From NCBI RefSeq assembly GCF_009914755.1, contig NC_060931.1: 64,000 bases of DNA; one strand, given 5' to 3'. Position numbers and translations under genes: made by a program. The notes beneath the pieces are model-generated. The model was not told where the DNA came from, ran no database searches, and saw only the letters and a program-made list of their open reading frames with translations. Position 1 is the stretch's first letter. Each line of letters starts with the position of its first letter. Source of the stretch: the human T2T-CHM13v2.0 reference genome, Homo sapiens. This document shows, piece after piece, positions 1-16,479 of this stretch.

Positions 1-107
1 TCTTTAAATTCAAATTGGCCTGTATATTGCTATTGATACATCCTCATGTGATAGTTCTCAATACCATTTTCAACTACTTCTTTAATTTTTCTTGAAAAAT
101 ATGAATT

Positions 108-471
<364 letters not shown>

Positions 472-1067
472 TTAAATAGTACAGGAGGTTCAAATTTTGA
501 ACTCATGAAATGTCAAGATAGTTTATATATTTAAAAAATAACTTTTATATTTTCTTTGAAATTTAGACTGACCCAGGTTTATGTGCTGGATCTTTTATGA
601 TTTATAAATAAGTTACTTTAAAATAACTTTGGTTATAGAAGTTGTGAAATGCGATTCTAATATAATTAATATTTGTTAACTTGAATGCCTTAATGTCTGC
701 AAAACCATTCTGTTATTTTGTGGATAGTTACTAACCCAGCTAATAAGCAAAAATGCACTGATCTCTAAGAATGAATAAACTATCGATTTTGCCTAGAGTT
801 TTGAAAATTTCAGGAAAAGCTCTTAACCAGTTTTTAAGTTACTGGTGAGCTTAGATCTATGGTTTGTTCCAGATTATCCAATGTCGTACTAACTTTGATA
901 TAATTATAGCTATAGTTTATTACTATTTTGACCTCTAAGAGAAAGAGGGTTCCTAAGTTTTTTTATTCATGAAGCGACGCAAAATGGCTTTCTTAACCTA
1001 TGCCTTTTACATCCATTTCTTAATTCTTATAATTAATATAATATTTTCTTTTTGGTCAGTTCATTAG

Positions 1068-1376
<309 letters not shown>

Positions 1377-1584
1377 CAGAAACATTTTTAATAGTTACAA
1401 TACTATTAAACTGTAATACTGTGTATTACAACTGGTAGTTAATAATTGTCAATCCCCAGGGCTAAAGAATAGAATATTATTATTAATTTATTCTTTAGAA
1501 ATGAACTCTCCCCCACTTACAAATGATGCTTCAATTAAAGACTTTATTAAAAATTACTGTTACAATTCTTCATTCTTATTGAAG

Positions 1585-1661
1585 CTTGCCATTTTTGAAA
1601 AAGAAAGTGTCGGATGAAATAACTTATGCTGAAGATACTGCTAATTCAATTGCACTTCTGG
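1585..1661 (+). CDS. CFAP69: CFAP69 exon 5 (inferred), LPFLKKKVSDEITYAEDTANSIALL
   Basis: gaag|CTTGCC ... CTGG|gtaagt; 77 nt; phase matches next exon. Confidence 0.92.
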
Positions 1662-4084
1662 GTAAGTTAAGATTTCCTTAAGGTATAGGGATGTAACATA
1701 CGACAGGTCCTACTGACAAGGGAATATCTATTTTCCCCAAGTTTCACTAAGAGGACTCCTTCTCCATGTCTAGGATCTTCTCTTGTTAGTGAATTAATCA
1801 CAGTGTGCTTGGTGATAATTCTGGTATTGTATTCTGTTCAGGTTGTTTCGTGATACCAATAAAAGTCCATCTTCTAAGTACAAGGACAGGCTGATAATGT
1901 AGTTTGATGAATTATTATTTAGTTTAATGAAGTGTTTGTTAACTATTTTTGTAAATCAGAAAGTGTACATACCCTTTTTAAATAATCACAAAAACATTTC
2001 AACTTTGAACTCTAATATTGAATTGCTGCAATCATAGAATTATTCATTAAATGATCTAAAATTTTAAATCAAATCATAAAATAGCATATTAAGAACTTCA
2101 GCATAATGCACATAAAGATGCAGATGCCTATATTTTGTACACAAAAATATGAAAAATATCATAAAAGGGTAGGCACTTATGTATGGGTTATCACTTGATT
2201 TTCTAGAGAAAGAAAACAATTTCCTAGGAAATTAGATCAGGGAAACACTGGCTCTTTGAGTCAGCTCCTGGGACATGATGGCATGTTCCCAAAACAAATC
2301 CTACATTAAATCTATACTTACTAGTTTAGGTCTTTATTTGTACAGGAGGAATAAAAGATACACAATTGATCCAGTGCATTTTTAAAAATATTTACGGAAT
2401 AATGATGTTCCCAGCATTATACTCCATATAGAAAGATGTTAGAGATTCAACTGGAATGAAGAAAAAAAGGATTTTTATTTTTAACATAGACACTAACCCT
2501 TTTATATCTCAGTAGGTTTTATAGTTTTTAGTTACTTTGGGAAAACTACCTAGGGTTCACCTACTCTATATCCTAGAGTAGGTGAAGGTGTTGTTGAGAT
2601 TAGGTTAAACATGAAGGGGGCAATTTAAAGAAAAACACCTTAGGAAGCAGGCAGGTTCAGAAATATGGGAATTTTTAATTATGTGAATCTCTATCATCAG
2701 CAGAAATTTACAATGAGAAGCCAACCCAAAAGAGGACATGGTAGTATTAACAGATAAAAAGTGTAGTTTTTGTTGGTAACATTATTTTTTAAAATACCCC
2801 TGTTGCCATTATTTTTAAATATTGCTTCCAAGAGTGTTGACAGTCACTTGTATTATAAATACATGGCTCACTTTTTACTGAGTGTCAACTTATTCTTTGC
2901 TTAATGACTGGTACCCTGCCTGCAGAACATGTTACTATCTCATATGACAACAGTATGAACTCTTAACTTTAAATGAGCTTCCTTCGCTGATTACTGACTG
3001 CGAGTACTGCTCTTCTGTTTCTTGGTTTTTTTAATGGCTGGAAACATTAATTTAAACTAAAATAATTGTATATAAGATGAAATGTTGAACAAAAACTCTT
3101 CATGATTTTAGTTAGAACTTCCAGTTTCTACTACGTACTAATAAGTTATATTACATTTTCTTCCAAATGATACATAGATATTTCTGACTCAGAGGCAAGA
3201 TTCTGGAAATGGATGGGGGAAGAAGTTGGTACTCTGCCCTGGGATTATGAAACAGGAAGCTATGATAAATTATCTAAATTTACAGGAACTAAAACAGTGG
3301 AAAAGCAGACGAAAGACCCTAGAATTTCCCATAAGCCTGCATATTTGGATAGTCTTGTTGGAAAAGCTTAGTTGTTCTTGTTGCCTAATATGTTTTAAAA
3401 CCTAAGTAGTGATTTTGCAACTCCAAAAGAACAGTCCGAAAAATAAATAAAATTTAGAGTTAGAATAATCTTAAAACTGTCTTTTAAGTGATATCTTTTG
3501 CAGAGATTCTCCTGAAGCTAGGGTCAGGCTTTCCTTTGTGCTTCCTCCTTCTTTCCACTTGCCACCCCACTTGCTGACCACCTCCAGAGATGAGCGTCTT
3601 GCAAGGGCTAATGCAAAAGAGGAATTCCTAATTATTCTTTTACTCTCAGAGAGTCCAACCAGTTCTAGTTTAGTTCTAAGGTCGATATTACTGACTACCG
3701 CTGTCCTTGGGCATTCAGAGAACCTGGATCATTTCCAGAGTCCCACAGATCATTTTCAGATACCCTTGGGGATCATGTTTATAGGACTTCAACAGAGTAG
3801 ATGCAATCCAGTTTGAAATACAGGCTGAAGCCAATTTAATTGTAGTTTAGATATGACTGAAAACGAACCTTCCTATTCGCCAACCCCATGCAGACAGCTT
3901 GAACATAAAACTATTACCCTTGCATGTGGGGCAGCTGCTTAAAAACTCACTCTCTTCCAGTCTGCCAACAAACTGAAGAGCAAAGTTCACCTGGAACTTC
4001 TCTAAGCAAAGAATGCATTAGTAAAGGCAAAAAATTACTGACCCTCTAGTTAGGGAGAAAAATGCTAACCCATATCTTGTCAAA

Positions 4085-4300
4085 ATAATAATAGTATCTA
4101 ACACATGTAGAACTTACAACATGCTAGATGCTTTTCTCAGCCCTTTTCTCATATTAGCTAATTTAATCCTCACAACAATCTTAAATGTGGTAACTATTGT
4201 TATACCTGCTTAATAGATGAGAAAAGTAAGACACAAGTTTACATGGGTAGTAAATGGCATAGCCAGGATTTAACCTTAGACAGTCTGGTTCTAGCATTTG
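4085..4300 (-). mobile_element. MIR SINE (degraded)
   Basis: atttaatcctcacaacaatc...agatgagaaa core resemblance. Confidence 0.6.
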
Positions 4301-4569
4301 TATTAATAATCATCATTCTTTCTTCCCTAGAAAGGAGAGGCTGAATTGATTGAGGGGCCAAATGTATAAGGATGGATTCAGGGTACTGTTTATATGTATG
4401 TATGTGTGTGAGCATATGTATAAAAATATGCATATAAATTGAACATGATCCAGTTTGAATCTCTGAGAATATTTTTAATAATCATCATATTATTAACATT
4501 TTATGCCTAAATTCTACAAATAAGCTTATGACAGTGTTGTTAAATAGCACCTGTTTATCTTTCTGGCAG

Positions 4570-4668
4570 GTGACTTAATGAAAATACCAAGTTCTGAATT
4601 GAGGATACAAATTTGTAAGTGTATTGTTGATTTTTATCATGCAGAACCACCAAAGAAGCATATTCCAG
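4570..4668 (+). CDS. CFAP69: CFAP69 exon 6, GDLMKIPSSELRIQICKCIVDFYHAEPPKKHIP
   Basis: tttctggcag|GTGAC ... CCAG|gtgaag; 99 nt, open frame. Confidence 0.92.
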
Positions 4669-5329
4669 GTGAAGTTTACAATGGTCTTTCAGTGATAACT
4701 TGTGTATGTAGAAAACAGAACATTCTCATATCTCTTTGAATTTGACAGACACAGTGGGCTCATAAATGTAACACATTAAAAAGAAAACTTTTTTGTAGTC
4801 TTGAGCTCTTTGGTCATCTTTTGAAAGTTATATATGTATTTTTCAGTTTTTGATTTGCATATTTTTATTCTGATGCTAAATATGAACAAATTTGTAAAGT
4901 GATGCCCAATTTAGTTTATTAATAATTATAAATGTTACTATTATGTTATTTAATACCATTGATAAAATTATTTTTTAAACACTTTATAATTATTTATAAT
5001 ATCTGCCCCCACTCAGTTAAATGTTAAGCTACCAATGCCAGGGCCATTCTCCATCCTGTTTGGGAAAATAGTTCTATGTGTTATAGCTAAGGGACCTTAA
5101 TATATAGTGGTAAATGAGCCACACTGAATTGGTTGGGACCAAGACAGTGGCACGTGCACTGTGAGGATATAATGTTAAGATGTACTTCTTACCTTCATAG
5201 TTTCTGTAATTTCTAATCAATCTAGGAAGGGAGAGAGGATATAAACAATAATTTCTTAAGTTATATGATTCTTAATATAGGTGGAAATAAGTGTCTGTGG
5301 TAGTTCAAAAGAAAGATTATTTAAGACTA

Positions 5330-6310
5330 AGGAAAAATGGGAACCAGAAGTCAGTTAAAAAAAGACAATTTAAAAAAAAAAAAAGAAATTCAGGGAAAAC
5401 AGAAGGAAGTCAAAAAGTAAAACAAAAAAATGGAACAGCACCTAAACTAGAGAAATGAATAAGGAGATTATTAAATGTCCAGTTTGAACTGTTGATGAGA
5501 TAGATGGGGAAGGAGTGTCTTGGTAGATAAAAGATATTGGATACTAAAAGCAACAGGACCAGAAATACAGGTTTGGAATCCACCCAAATAGAGTTGAAAA
5601 TTGAAGCCACCAGAATGGTTGAGTTTGCCAAGAGATAAAACATATAAGCAGCAAGGCATCAAGAATGACATGGAGAGTGTCCATATTGAGGTTTGGAAAA
5701 AATGATTCAAAGAAATTGGCAGTGAAGGGAGGCTCAAAGAGGAGGAAGAAAACCTAAAGACTGCCATGTCTTGTGTGCCAGTGAATCAAATATTTGACAA
5801 AGGAGGAGAAAGTTGTCTCAGTGTCAAACGCTGCAGTTTTCTGTAATGGAAGAGTTAAAAGGCCAAGTTAATGTGACACTTGAAAAGTTGTAGTTAAATC
5901 TTTGACAGATCTATTGATATAAAGTGGTCAGGGCAGATGCAGGATTAAAGAATCAGAGGATTGTGAGAGTAGAGGCACTGGATTTGAGAGTGAGAGAGTA
6001 GTGGCAGTTCATGAATGCAGACATATCTTAAGATCAGATGGTGAAGAAAAAGAAAGAAGATGGAGAACAGCTCAGCTAGTGCAAAGTCAGAGAAAGGTTA
6101 TTTGGGTTTTGTTGTTTTTAGGATAGGAAGAAATCACATTTGTAGGCAGAGGAGCTAGAAGCTGGTAAGAAAGAAATGGGAAGGTGAAATTCTCAAAGAA
6201 AGCACAAGAGGATGGAATTAAGAGCACAAGCTTAGAGTTAACCTTGGCAAAATACAGACGCCCTTCAAAGAAAGGGAAACCAGTGGTGTAGGACTTAAGA
6301 AAAAGGAGTA
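5330..6310 (-). mobile_element. L2 LINE remnant (approximate bounds)
   Basis: Purine-rich degraded sequence resembling antisense L2. Confidence 0.5.
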
Positions 6311-7460
6311 TTATGGGGCAAAGACGTGAGGTTGATTTGGTCAGTCTCTGAAAATTAGGAGTCAGTGCTCTCACTATCACACAGTTGGTTTCAAGTGATG
6401 GGTATGGCCAGACATCCGGGACCACGGCTGAAAAGTCCTCAGTATGGCAGTTGAAAGATACATAGCCCTGGAGACAGGAATTAAGTCCATGAGCTTTAAT
6501 GGTGTTATATCCCTCTGTTAAAATGTACCTGCAATAGAAAAAGATACAGTAAGTATAAAGTACATTTTGGTCCATCCATATGATAGACTATTATGCACAT
6601 AAAAATCATTATTTTAGAAAACACTTTATAGGATGGGGAAAAGCTTACAATAAAAGTTTTAGTGAGTACAGTAGAATATAAAATTCTGTATACTAGTATG
6701 TTGTTAAAATTGTATGCATACATTAAAAATATCACAAGAAATATATGAAAATGTTAATGTTATCTCTAGATTATGAAAATATAGGCAATTTTTACCTTCC
6801 TCTTCTTACTTTTTAAATGCTTTTTATAATTCATGAGGTGAGTAGCTAGAGCATATCATAGAAAGCTCATCACAGCATTGGACAGGGCCTTGTCCACAGC
6901 CAGAGATCATATTTACAAAGATAAGACAAACTGACAGATACCTCAGAACTAGGGCAAAGTTAAAGAATCTAGTTGGACTCAAAAATCAAAAAGTCAGGGT
7001 GTTAGATAAATGAGATCACTAAGAAAAAATAAAGCCTCATCTCAGTAAATGAGGACCCTTTGGTGTTTATTTAATCCCTCTAGTTGAATGTAATTAGGTA
7101 TACCTGCATCAAAAGGAGAGATAGTATTTCTCACAGGTGCTAAGACAGAAGGAATTTTTATAAGACATGTCACCAAGCATCAAACTTCCCTAAAATACTA
7201 TTAAATTCACTCACAATTATCAGAGTAGCATTACATTTTTCACCTCTTATTTTATTGCTGACACTACGTAATTGTTGTCCCTTGAAAGTACTGAAGTAAT
7301 GCATTGAACCTGAACAGTGAAACTGACTAGTGAAAACATTCAGTATTTGTCATCAAATCATTTTCCATTATTGAAAGTCATATCTACTGACAAGAAATAT
7401 TGTTCTTTTTTAGAATTTAGGATGTTTCCAAAATTCATCGTCCTATTTTAAATACTACAC

Positions 7461-7674
7461 CAGGGATCAGCAAACTCTGGGTCCCAGGTCAAACTAGGCC
7501 TACTGAAAACAAAATTGTGTTAGAACACAGCCATGTCCACTTATATTTGTACTGTTTATTACTGCTTTCTTGCTACAATGTGCTATAGAGTTGAGTAGTT
7601 GGCAAGAAACCTTATAACCTGCAAAGCTTAAAATACTATCTGGCCCTTTACAGAAAAAATGTGGCCCATCCCTA
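7461..7674. mobile_element. MER58-type hAT DNA transposon
   Basis: cagggatcagcaaact ... ctggccctttacagaaaaa ... ccct termini. Confidence 0.7.
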
Positions 7675-7810
7675 TGCTGCGCAATTTTTAAATTCCATAT
7701 ACTTTTAAAAAGTTTTTCTTGCTGTTGCTTAATAATAAATTACTCATTCTTTTGTCTTAATGATCATTCTGTGAGATAACTGTATGTATTTATTAATGAA
7801 TTGTTGTTAG

Positions 7811-7960
7811 GTTACCAGCAAGCGAGTTCATCATACAAGATTCAAATGGCTGAAGTTGGAGGATTAGCAAAAACAATGGTCCAGTCAATGACCTTGCTTG
7901 AAAATCAACTTGTTGAGAAACTTTGGGTACTTAAAGTTCTGCAGCATCTCTCAACTTCTG
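7811..7960 (+). CDS. CFAP69: CFAP69 exon 7, GYQQASSSYKIQMAEVGGLAKTMVQSMTLLENQLVEKLWVLKVLQHLSTS
   Basis: ttgttag|GTTAC ... TCTG|gtttgt; 150 nt; lies within ORF 7801..8034. Confidence 0.93.
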
Positions 7961-8065
7961 GTTTGTATATTATTAAGTTTAAACACTTCATTGTCAACTA
8001 CTTTTGTTTCTGTCTAAAAATGTCAATATTGTAAAGCACAAATAATTTTTAAAATTTATTTTCAG

Positions 8066-8243
8066 AAGTTAATTGTACTATAATGATGAAAGCACAAGCA
8101 GCCAGTGGAATCTGTACTCACCTCAATGACCCAGATCCCTCTGGACAGCTTTTATTTCGTTCATCAGAAATACTTTGGAACTTGCTGGAAAAATCTTCAA
8201 AAGAAGAAGTCATACAACAGCTTAGTAACTTGGAATGTTTGCT
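8066..8243 (+). CDS. CFAP69: CFAP69 exon 8, EVNCTIMMKAQAASGICTHLNDPDPSGQLLFRSSEILWNLLEKSSKEEVIQQLSNLECL
   Basis: ttttcag|AAGTT ... TTGCT|gtaagc; 178 nt; preceded by a 105-nt intron. Confidence 0.93.
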
Positions 8244-9894
8244 GTAAGCGTATGTGGTTAGATAGGAATGTTCTTTTAATCTTAAAATGACAGCCAGTGA
8301 CATAACTAACATCTTTGTTTGAATCTGTGTTCAATTATGTTTTAGATTCATGTAATGGCTATGTTTCAGGACATCTTTTTTGTTCCATGGTATAAATGAA
8401 TCTGCACAATAACAAGCCACACTTTTCTATGTGGAAGGCTCTTGAAGTAGCTTCTTAACACTAAAATATAACTTGGAATATAGATAAAGTAAAATTAGAC
8501 TTTAGAAGAACTATTTCATTTATTTATCCAGTGAATCTATTATTGAGTGCTTACTATCTCCCAGATATTGCAGTAAGCATTAGCAACAAAATGTGCGTAA
8601 GCCTTCAAGTTGCTTCTTCACTTATTCAACAAATAATTGTCTGCTCTATGCCAGCTTCAGTATTAAGCCATAGAAATACCACTGAAAACAATATAGATAT
8701 TGTCTCTGCTTTCGTGGAATTTACATTGTGCTAGGAGGGATGGACAAGTAAATAGACAACTAAAAGAGAACATACTAAATGTTATGAAACAGATTATTGT
8801 AAGATGCTACATGTTCTTCAGAAGAAGATCAGTCAGCACATTTTTGTTTGCAAGTGACTAAAAACCCAAATGACCAAAGCAATATAGAAAATTTATGGCT
8901 TATTTAACTACAAAGTCAAGGATAAAACTGGTTTCATGTGCAGCTTTATTCAGGGATCAGCAGATACTAGGACTTCGTCCCTCCTCTCTCTACATTGTCT
9001 TCCATGGTGCTGGCTTCACACCCAAGCCTATGTAGTAAGACCTAAGAAGTCTACGATCACATCATTTCAACCTCAAATCAAGCAGAAGAGAAACCTTGCT
9101 ATCCTGAAGGCTCAGAGAAAAGTCTTTGAATTGAGTCCAGTTTGGCCCTGAATGGTCTAATATTGGTCAAATGCCTGTTCCACAGTGATTTATTAGTGCC
9201 AAAAGAAAAAATGCTCTGACTGGCGAAAAGGCAGCTGAAGGCAGCCTCACAGGAGCAAAAGTCAGGAAGGAGTAAATGCCTAAATAAAAATAAGAATGCT
9301 GTTCTTATAAAAAGGGCAAGTAGGTCCCAGGAGGCAAAGCAACAAATATCTACTATTAATACAAGGGAACCTAACTCAGAGTTGGAGAATTAATAACTGC
9401 TTCCTAATGAACTCAAGTCTAGTAACTGAATGACAAACAGGACTTGGTAACAGAAAAGTTTTGCATGCGGAGAGCATCCTAGACAGGGAAAACAAGTGAA
9501 AATGTAATTAGCAAAATCAGAAAACTAAAATTCAGTATGATGAGAGCAGAAGGAACAGGCTACAATGGTGAGAGATGAGGCTAACAATGTTATCAGGGAC
9601 CATAACATGAAAGGTCTAATAAGCCTTGTTAAGGAGGTAGGACTTAATCCTAAGAACAAAGAATAGTCTTTAAATGGTTTTACAAAGGAAAATGACATGA
9701 TTGAATGTGTTATAGAGCTGTCACTTTGACCACCATGTGTAATAGACTGGTTTAGTGGATTCTTATCTGGTACATAGAGGATTAGAGGCAGATTTGGAAG
9801 TGTAAAAAATATTAGAAATATGTTCAAATGAATAGTATAATATAAAAAGGGAGATTTTGTTGATAGACATTCAGGAAGTATTTTCATAAAAGTG

Positions 9895-10238
9895 TGTGTT
9901 TTAGTTTGAGCTGCTATAATAAAGTACCGTAAACTGGGTGGTTTATAAACAACAGAAAGTTATTTTTCAGTTTGGGAGGCTAGAATTCTGATATCAGGGT
10001 GCCAGTGTGGTTGGGTTCTGATGAGGGTGCTCTTCTGGGTTGCATACTGCTGATCTCTTGTATTCTTACATGGAGGAAAGAGAGCAAGACAGCTCTCTGG
10101 AGTCCCTTTTATAAGGGCACTAATTCCATTCATGAGGGCTCATTACCTCCCTAAGGCCTCACTCCTAAAACCATCACATTGGGGGTTAGGATTTAAATAT
10201 ATGAATTTTGGAGGGACGCAAACATTTAGTGTATAACA
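9895..10238 (-). mobile_element. MLT1A-type MaLR solo LTR
   Basis: Characteristic ctgctataataaagtacc...aaactgggtggtttataaacaacagaaa and tgaattttggagggac motifs. Confidence 0.75.
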
Positions 10239-10271
10239 ATATAGTTTTTAAAATATGATTTTACTTTCTAG

Positions 10272-10395
10272 GGCTTTGAAGGAAGTATTTAAAAATCTGT
10301 TTATGAGAGGTTTCAGTCATTATGACCGTCAGCTTAGAAATGACATATTAGTGATCACTACAATTATAGCTCAAAATCCTGAAGCACCAATGATT
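10272..10395 (+). CDS. CFAP69: CFAP69 exon 9, ALKEVFKNLFMRGFSHYDRQLRNDILVITTIIAQNPEAPMI
   Basis: ctttctag|GGCT ... GATT|gtaagt; 124 nt. Confidence 0.93.
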
Positions 10396-10599
10396 GTAAG
10401 TATGAATCAAATTGCATTAATTTTAATTGTGGAAGTGGTGGGCTTGGGTGAAAGAAGTCCTATATTATGTTGGAATATTTGTGTATTTTCTTGTAATGCT
10501 AAGTTATGCTGTAATATCTTGATGGTCACCAGTGTGCTTATCACTCTGCCAATTCTTCTTTGCAATCCTTTGGAAATTTGGAATCTTCCTCATATTGTG

Positions 10600-12371
<1,772 letters not shown>

Positions 12372-13359
12372 TAAAAATCATTGAATGATTGAAATTATTT
12401 AATAGAGATCCTTGGCAACAATATTCACAAGTCAGTCACGTAAGTTCTAGTTGTGCTACAAAGAACTGGCTGTGAAGACCTCAGCCCACTAACAGTGGAC
12501 GTCAAGTAGTCCCAAGAGTCATGGAATTCATGCTGTGCAAATAGGGAAACAGTGCTACATAGTATCCTAGTTAAAGCTGCAACTTATAGGTAGACCTTTG
12601 TTTCTCTAGAATCCCCTGGTCAGGTAGTAATTTCTCATTAGTGTCCTTGCAAACATTCAGATGAATTTCACGAATGTGAGTCAAAGGAAATAATATCTTC
12701 AGCATCTAAAGAAACCATATAGATCCTAAAGTAATGGGGCTATAAAACTACAAGCTCATAAGCCCAGGGTTTGCCCCTGTAAACTCTCCCTAATGTGCAA
12801 AGTCCAACTAGGATATCTCTGTCAGGAATGCTGATATGCTAAAATGTTTGCAACTCTGGTGATTCTTCAGGGCTTTTCATGCTAAGTAGGAACTACTTTA
12901 TTATCTCTTGACCAAACATTTGACATAACAAGAATGGTTGGGGTAGAAGTGGAAGTGTTTAAGAAGAAAAGCTGTTGAGAATAACTGGATTTTCCTCCCT
13001 TACTGTGTCATTTGAAGTATAGGTAACGAATTATAGAAGTAACTATAAAGACCTAATATACTTTGGATCCTTAACAATTTTAAACAGACTATTCATAGAA
13101 TAATATAAAATATTTCTTAGAACCTACAGAAGTAAGTTTAAAATTAAATAAATCTGGCTTATTTAATTTTAAATAAGCTTATCTGGCTATATGTTTTTAT
13201 TTTTTGCCTCACTCTTTATTACTATTCATGCTTTATGAATTCAAATGAATGACAGTAGGAGAATTTGATAAATGTACTTAAGTAGTAAATATGAGCATCT
13301 GCATCATAACTTTCATCTTATTCATTCATCTTTCTGCTTATTTTATGTATTTATATTAG

Positions 13360-13408
13360 GAATGTGGCTTTACCAAGGATTTGATACTGTTTGCCACCTT
13401 TAATGAAG
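13360..13408 (+). CDS. CFAP69: CFAP69 exon 10, ECGFTKDLILFATFNE
   Basis: tatattag|GAATGT ... GAAG|gtaaaa; 49 nt. Confidence 0.9.
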
Positions 13409-13499
13409 GTAAAAAGAATAAAACTTTAAACTTCTTATAATTATCTTGATAAGTCTTGTACAACATTTAAGCTTTCATTTTACTTTTTTTCCCTCACAG

Positions 13500-13621
13500 T
13501 TAAAAGTCAAAATCTTTTGGTAAAAGGACTTAAGCTTTCTAATTCCTATGAAGATTTTGAGTTGAAGAAATTACTATTCAACGTAATTGTGATCTTATGT
13601 AAAGATTTACCTACTGTACAG
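13500..13621 (+). CDS. CFAP69: CFAP69 exon 11, VKSQNLLVKGLKLSNSYEDFELKKLLFNVIVILCKDLPTVQ
   Basis: ttttccctcacag|TTAAA ... ACAG|gtaaag; 122 nt; preceded by a 91-nt intron. Confidence 0.93.
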
Positions 13622-15591
13622 GTAAAGAGTAATCAAGGCAGGAAAATCAATAAAAATTGTCTTACTTTGTAGTATAACTATTTTAAAGTCTTGACTGTAA
13701 ATATTTTATCGGTTCATATATTTACCACAGAAAGCAGTAAAATCTTACTGGCCTGAATTTTAGCTTTTAAATTTTTTCTTTGCTTATCTGTTAGTAAACA
13801 GTGAAGTACTTAAATTTAAACCACATAAACCAGAGAAAAATAGTAGAACCTAAGAGATTTAATAATACAGTTAGATCTCTTGAATTAGACAGCATAAAAT
13901 GAAAGAAGCTTCACATAGGCCCATTCCAGCCTAATAATCTGTCTCTGACCATAACAAGGACTGATTTAATGCTGGAGAAAATTATTAACCTCTGTGATGC
14001 CAATCTCAAACTCTTATGAACCTGCTTTTTCATCACACAAACCTAATGTCTTTAATCACTTTTACTCTCTATGAATTTATCTTAATACTTTGTTTCCTGC
14101 ATAACAGCGTGATATAATTTGAAAAATATTGGAACTGAATTTCACTTCTGGCTTATCACCTACTAGCTATGTGGCCTTAGAAAAATTACCTCGTCTATCT
14201 GTGGTTCATTTCCTCCTCCTGTAAAGGAAAGATTATAATGCTTCAGCTCTGCTCACAGGTCTATCGTGAAGTTGCTATGAAGGCTTTTTAAACTATAAAG
14301 TGACAGTAAATGTATTATTAACAATTCTGTTTAGTTAGTTACTGCATTAAGTGAAATTTCCATTTAATCTAAAACTCTACCAAGCTCCAAGGATTACTAT
14401 GAAAAAGAAGTAGGAATTCAGTCTATCAACTTCACTACCAATAATAGAAAGATGGGGTAGTCTAGCAGTAAAGGCTTTAGTCAGACAGAATCTCAGTGCT
14501 ACCGCTTTCTAGCTATGTGGCATTAAATGGGTTGTTTGATTTCTCTAAATCCCAGGTAGCTCAACTTCAACATGGGGATAACACCTACCTCGAGATTATT
14601 ATGAGCATTTAACTGAGCTGAACATTTTCTTAGTAATGCAACTTTAAGGAATATATATATTTTCAAATGCTCAGGAAAAGAAAAGTTGTCTTTATAATTA
14701 TAACTTTATTATTTGTGACAAAAAAATACATACTGTGTAGAACCTAAATGTATTTTCCAAAATGCAAATGGAAAATCATTTGGAAAATTATTCCATAAAG
14801 TATGGTTTATTATTCCAATACAGTATTATATAAATATTAAAATTAGACCTATAAAGATAATAAAATTTATACTACAGTTTATAAGTCAATTCTAATTAAT
14901 TGAACAACACTTTATAGGCAACAGAGCCAAGTAGCACAGATTATGGTGAGGAGCTTCTTAAAACACTTTGTGAGCGGTGAAATCAACAATTTTTATGTGT
15001 CACATAATTTGTGGTCCAGTAATATTACTAGTAATGATAATGAATATGTACACTATCATTTGCAATACACAGGGGTGTTTTTTGAAACATTATATACTTA
15101 ATTCTAGCAAGAATGTTAGAACTAGTAGTTATTCCTGTTTTCTCAACTCTAAATCTTGCATTCTTTTCACATGGACTAGTAAGGAACTAGAAAAATTAAT
15201 TGTTTTTGTTAAAATCTTTATAGAATAATGCCAAATTAAAAGAAAATTAAATATAGCATATGGTGTTTTATTCTCTTGTGAATCATAAATATGTATCCAT
15301 CAGAATCAGCTGTATTAATTCTGTTGTCATAATAGCTATGCATTTTAATCTCATTTTTATTAAAATGATGGGTTCAATAAAATTTTAAAATACTAGGCAT
15401 GTAATGAAACATGGCTTGTGACCTAACTGACATTTATTTGGTAGAATGTTTATGTAAGTACTGTTGCATGTGGTTAAATATTCACTGTAGTCATTACCTC
15501 AGACAAAATTCTTTTTTATGGTACACAACTGAGTCTGTGAGATATTTCCTTTTAAAAAAAGAGTGAGGAAAGAGATGTCAGCACTTGCCCC

Positions 15592-15685
15592 AAAATATTC
15601 TATGTTTTATTGTACGTTAAAGTAAAATACGTTATACGTTTTATTATACGTTTTATTATACGTTAAAATATCCTATGGTTTTATT
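15592..15685. repeat. Short TACGTT-containing tandem duplication cluster
   Basis: Five TACGTT copies; ttatacgtttta 12-mer repeated; flanking aaaatat(t/c)ctatg repeat. Confidence 0.7.
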
Positions 15686-15963
15686 ATAAGCAGGAACTAC
15701 ATTACATATATGAGCAGCAAAAACAAAAAATTAATACATATTTTATATTATTGTCAGGGAGTACATACCTCAGAAAAGAGGATTATAACTTATTTAATTT
15801 TTGGTTTTTTTTTTTTGGTACCTGTCATAGATTGGGGTTATTTTATAAAGGAATTATTTTGAAATAATCCCCAATAAAACATCAAAATGTAAATTTTTAT
15901 TTAATTGCCTTAAAGTATTTTTGGCTATGTTTCTAACAAAGTATCCTTTGTTCTTTCTCACAG

Positions 15964-16180
15964 CTATTAATTGATGGCAAAGTTATTTTGGCTTTGTTTA
16001 CCTATGTTAAGAAGCCTGAGAAGCAAAAAATAATTGACTGGTCTGCAGCACAGCATGAAGAATTACAACTGCATGCAATTGCCACTTTGTCATCAGTGGC
16101 TCCTTTATTAATAGAAGAATACATGTCATGCCAGGGAAATGCTCGAGTCCTTGCATTTCTAGAATGGTGTGAGAGTGAAG
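15964..16180 (+). CDS. CFAP69: CFAP69 exon 12, LLIDGKVILALFTYVKKPEKQKIIDWSAAQHEELQLHAIATLSSVAPLLIEEYMSCQGNARVLAFLEWCESE
   Basis: ctttctcacag|CTATT ... GAAG|gtgagt; 217 nt. Confidence 0.95.
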
Positions 16181-16479
16181 GTGAGTGGCCCTTCAAGATT
16201 CTTGTCAAAATTCTAATCTTCATATTTCAACTGAATGCTCAGTATATGCATAGAAATAACAATGAAGTTAATTAAAGCAATGAGAAGTAAAAACACACAG
16301 ACCTATCTTCTTAATGTATTTATATGTTGTTTTAAGAAAAACACAGATTTTAAAGTCAGACGTCAGTAAATGTCATAGTTGATGCACACCCGAAAGAAAT
16401 CATACATGTAATTTAAATTTTTGTATTATTAGACCTATCTAAAAATTATATTTGGGAAGAAAATAAATGCTGGCAATAT

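Noticed and set aside
6087-6575. 162-aa minus-strand ORF
   Set aside because: Intronic, overlaps degraded L2-like sequence, no recognisable domain or splice support
8146-8244. Recalled CFAP69 infertility alleles (Gln255 stop; exon 8 donor +1 change)
   Set aside because: CAG at 8146-8148 and GT at 8244-8245 are intact, and the whole reconstructed ORF is open
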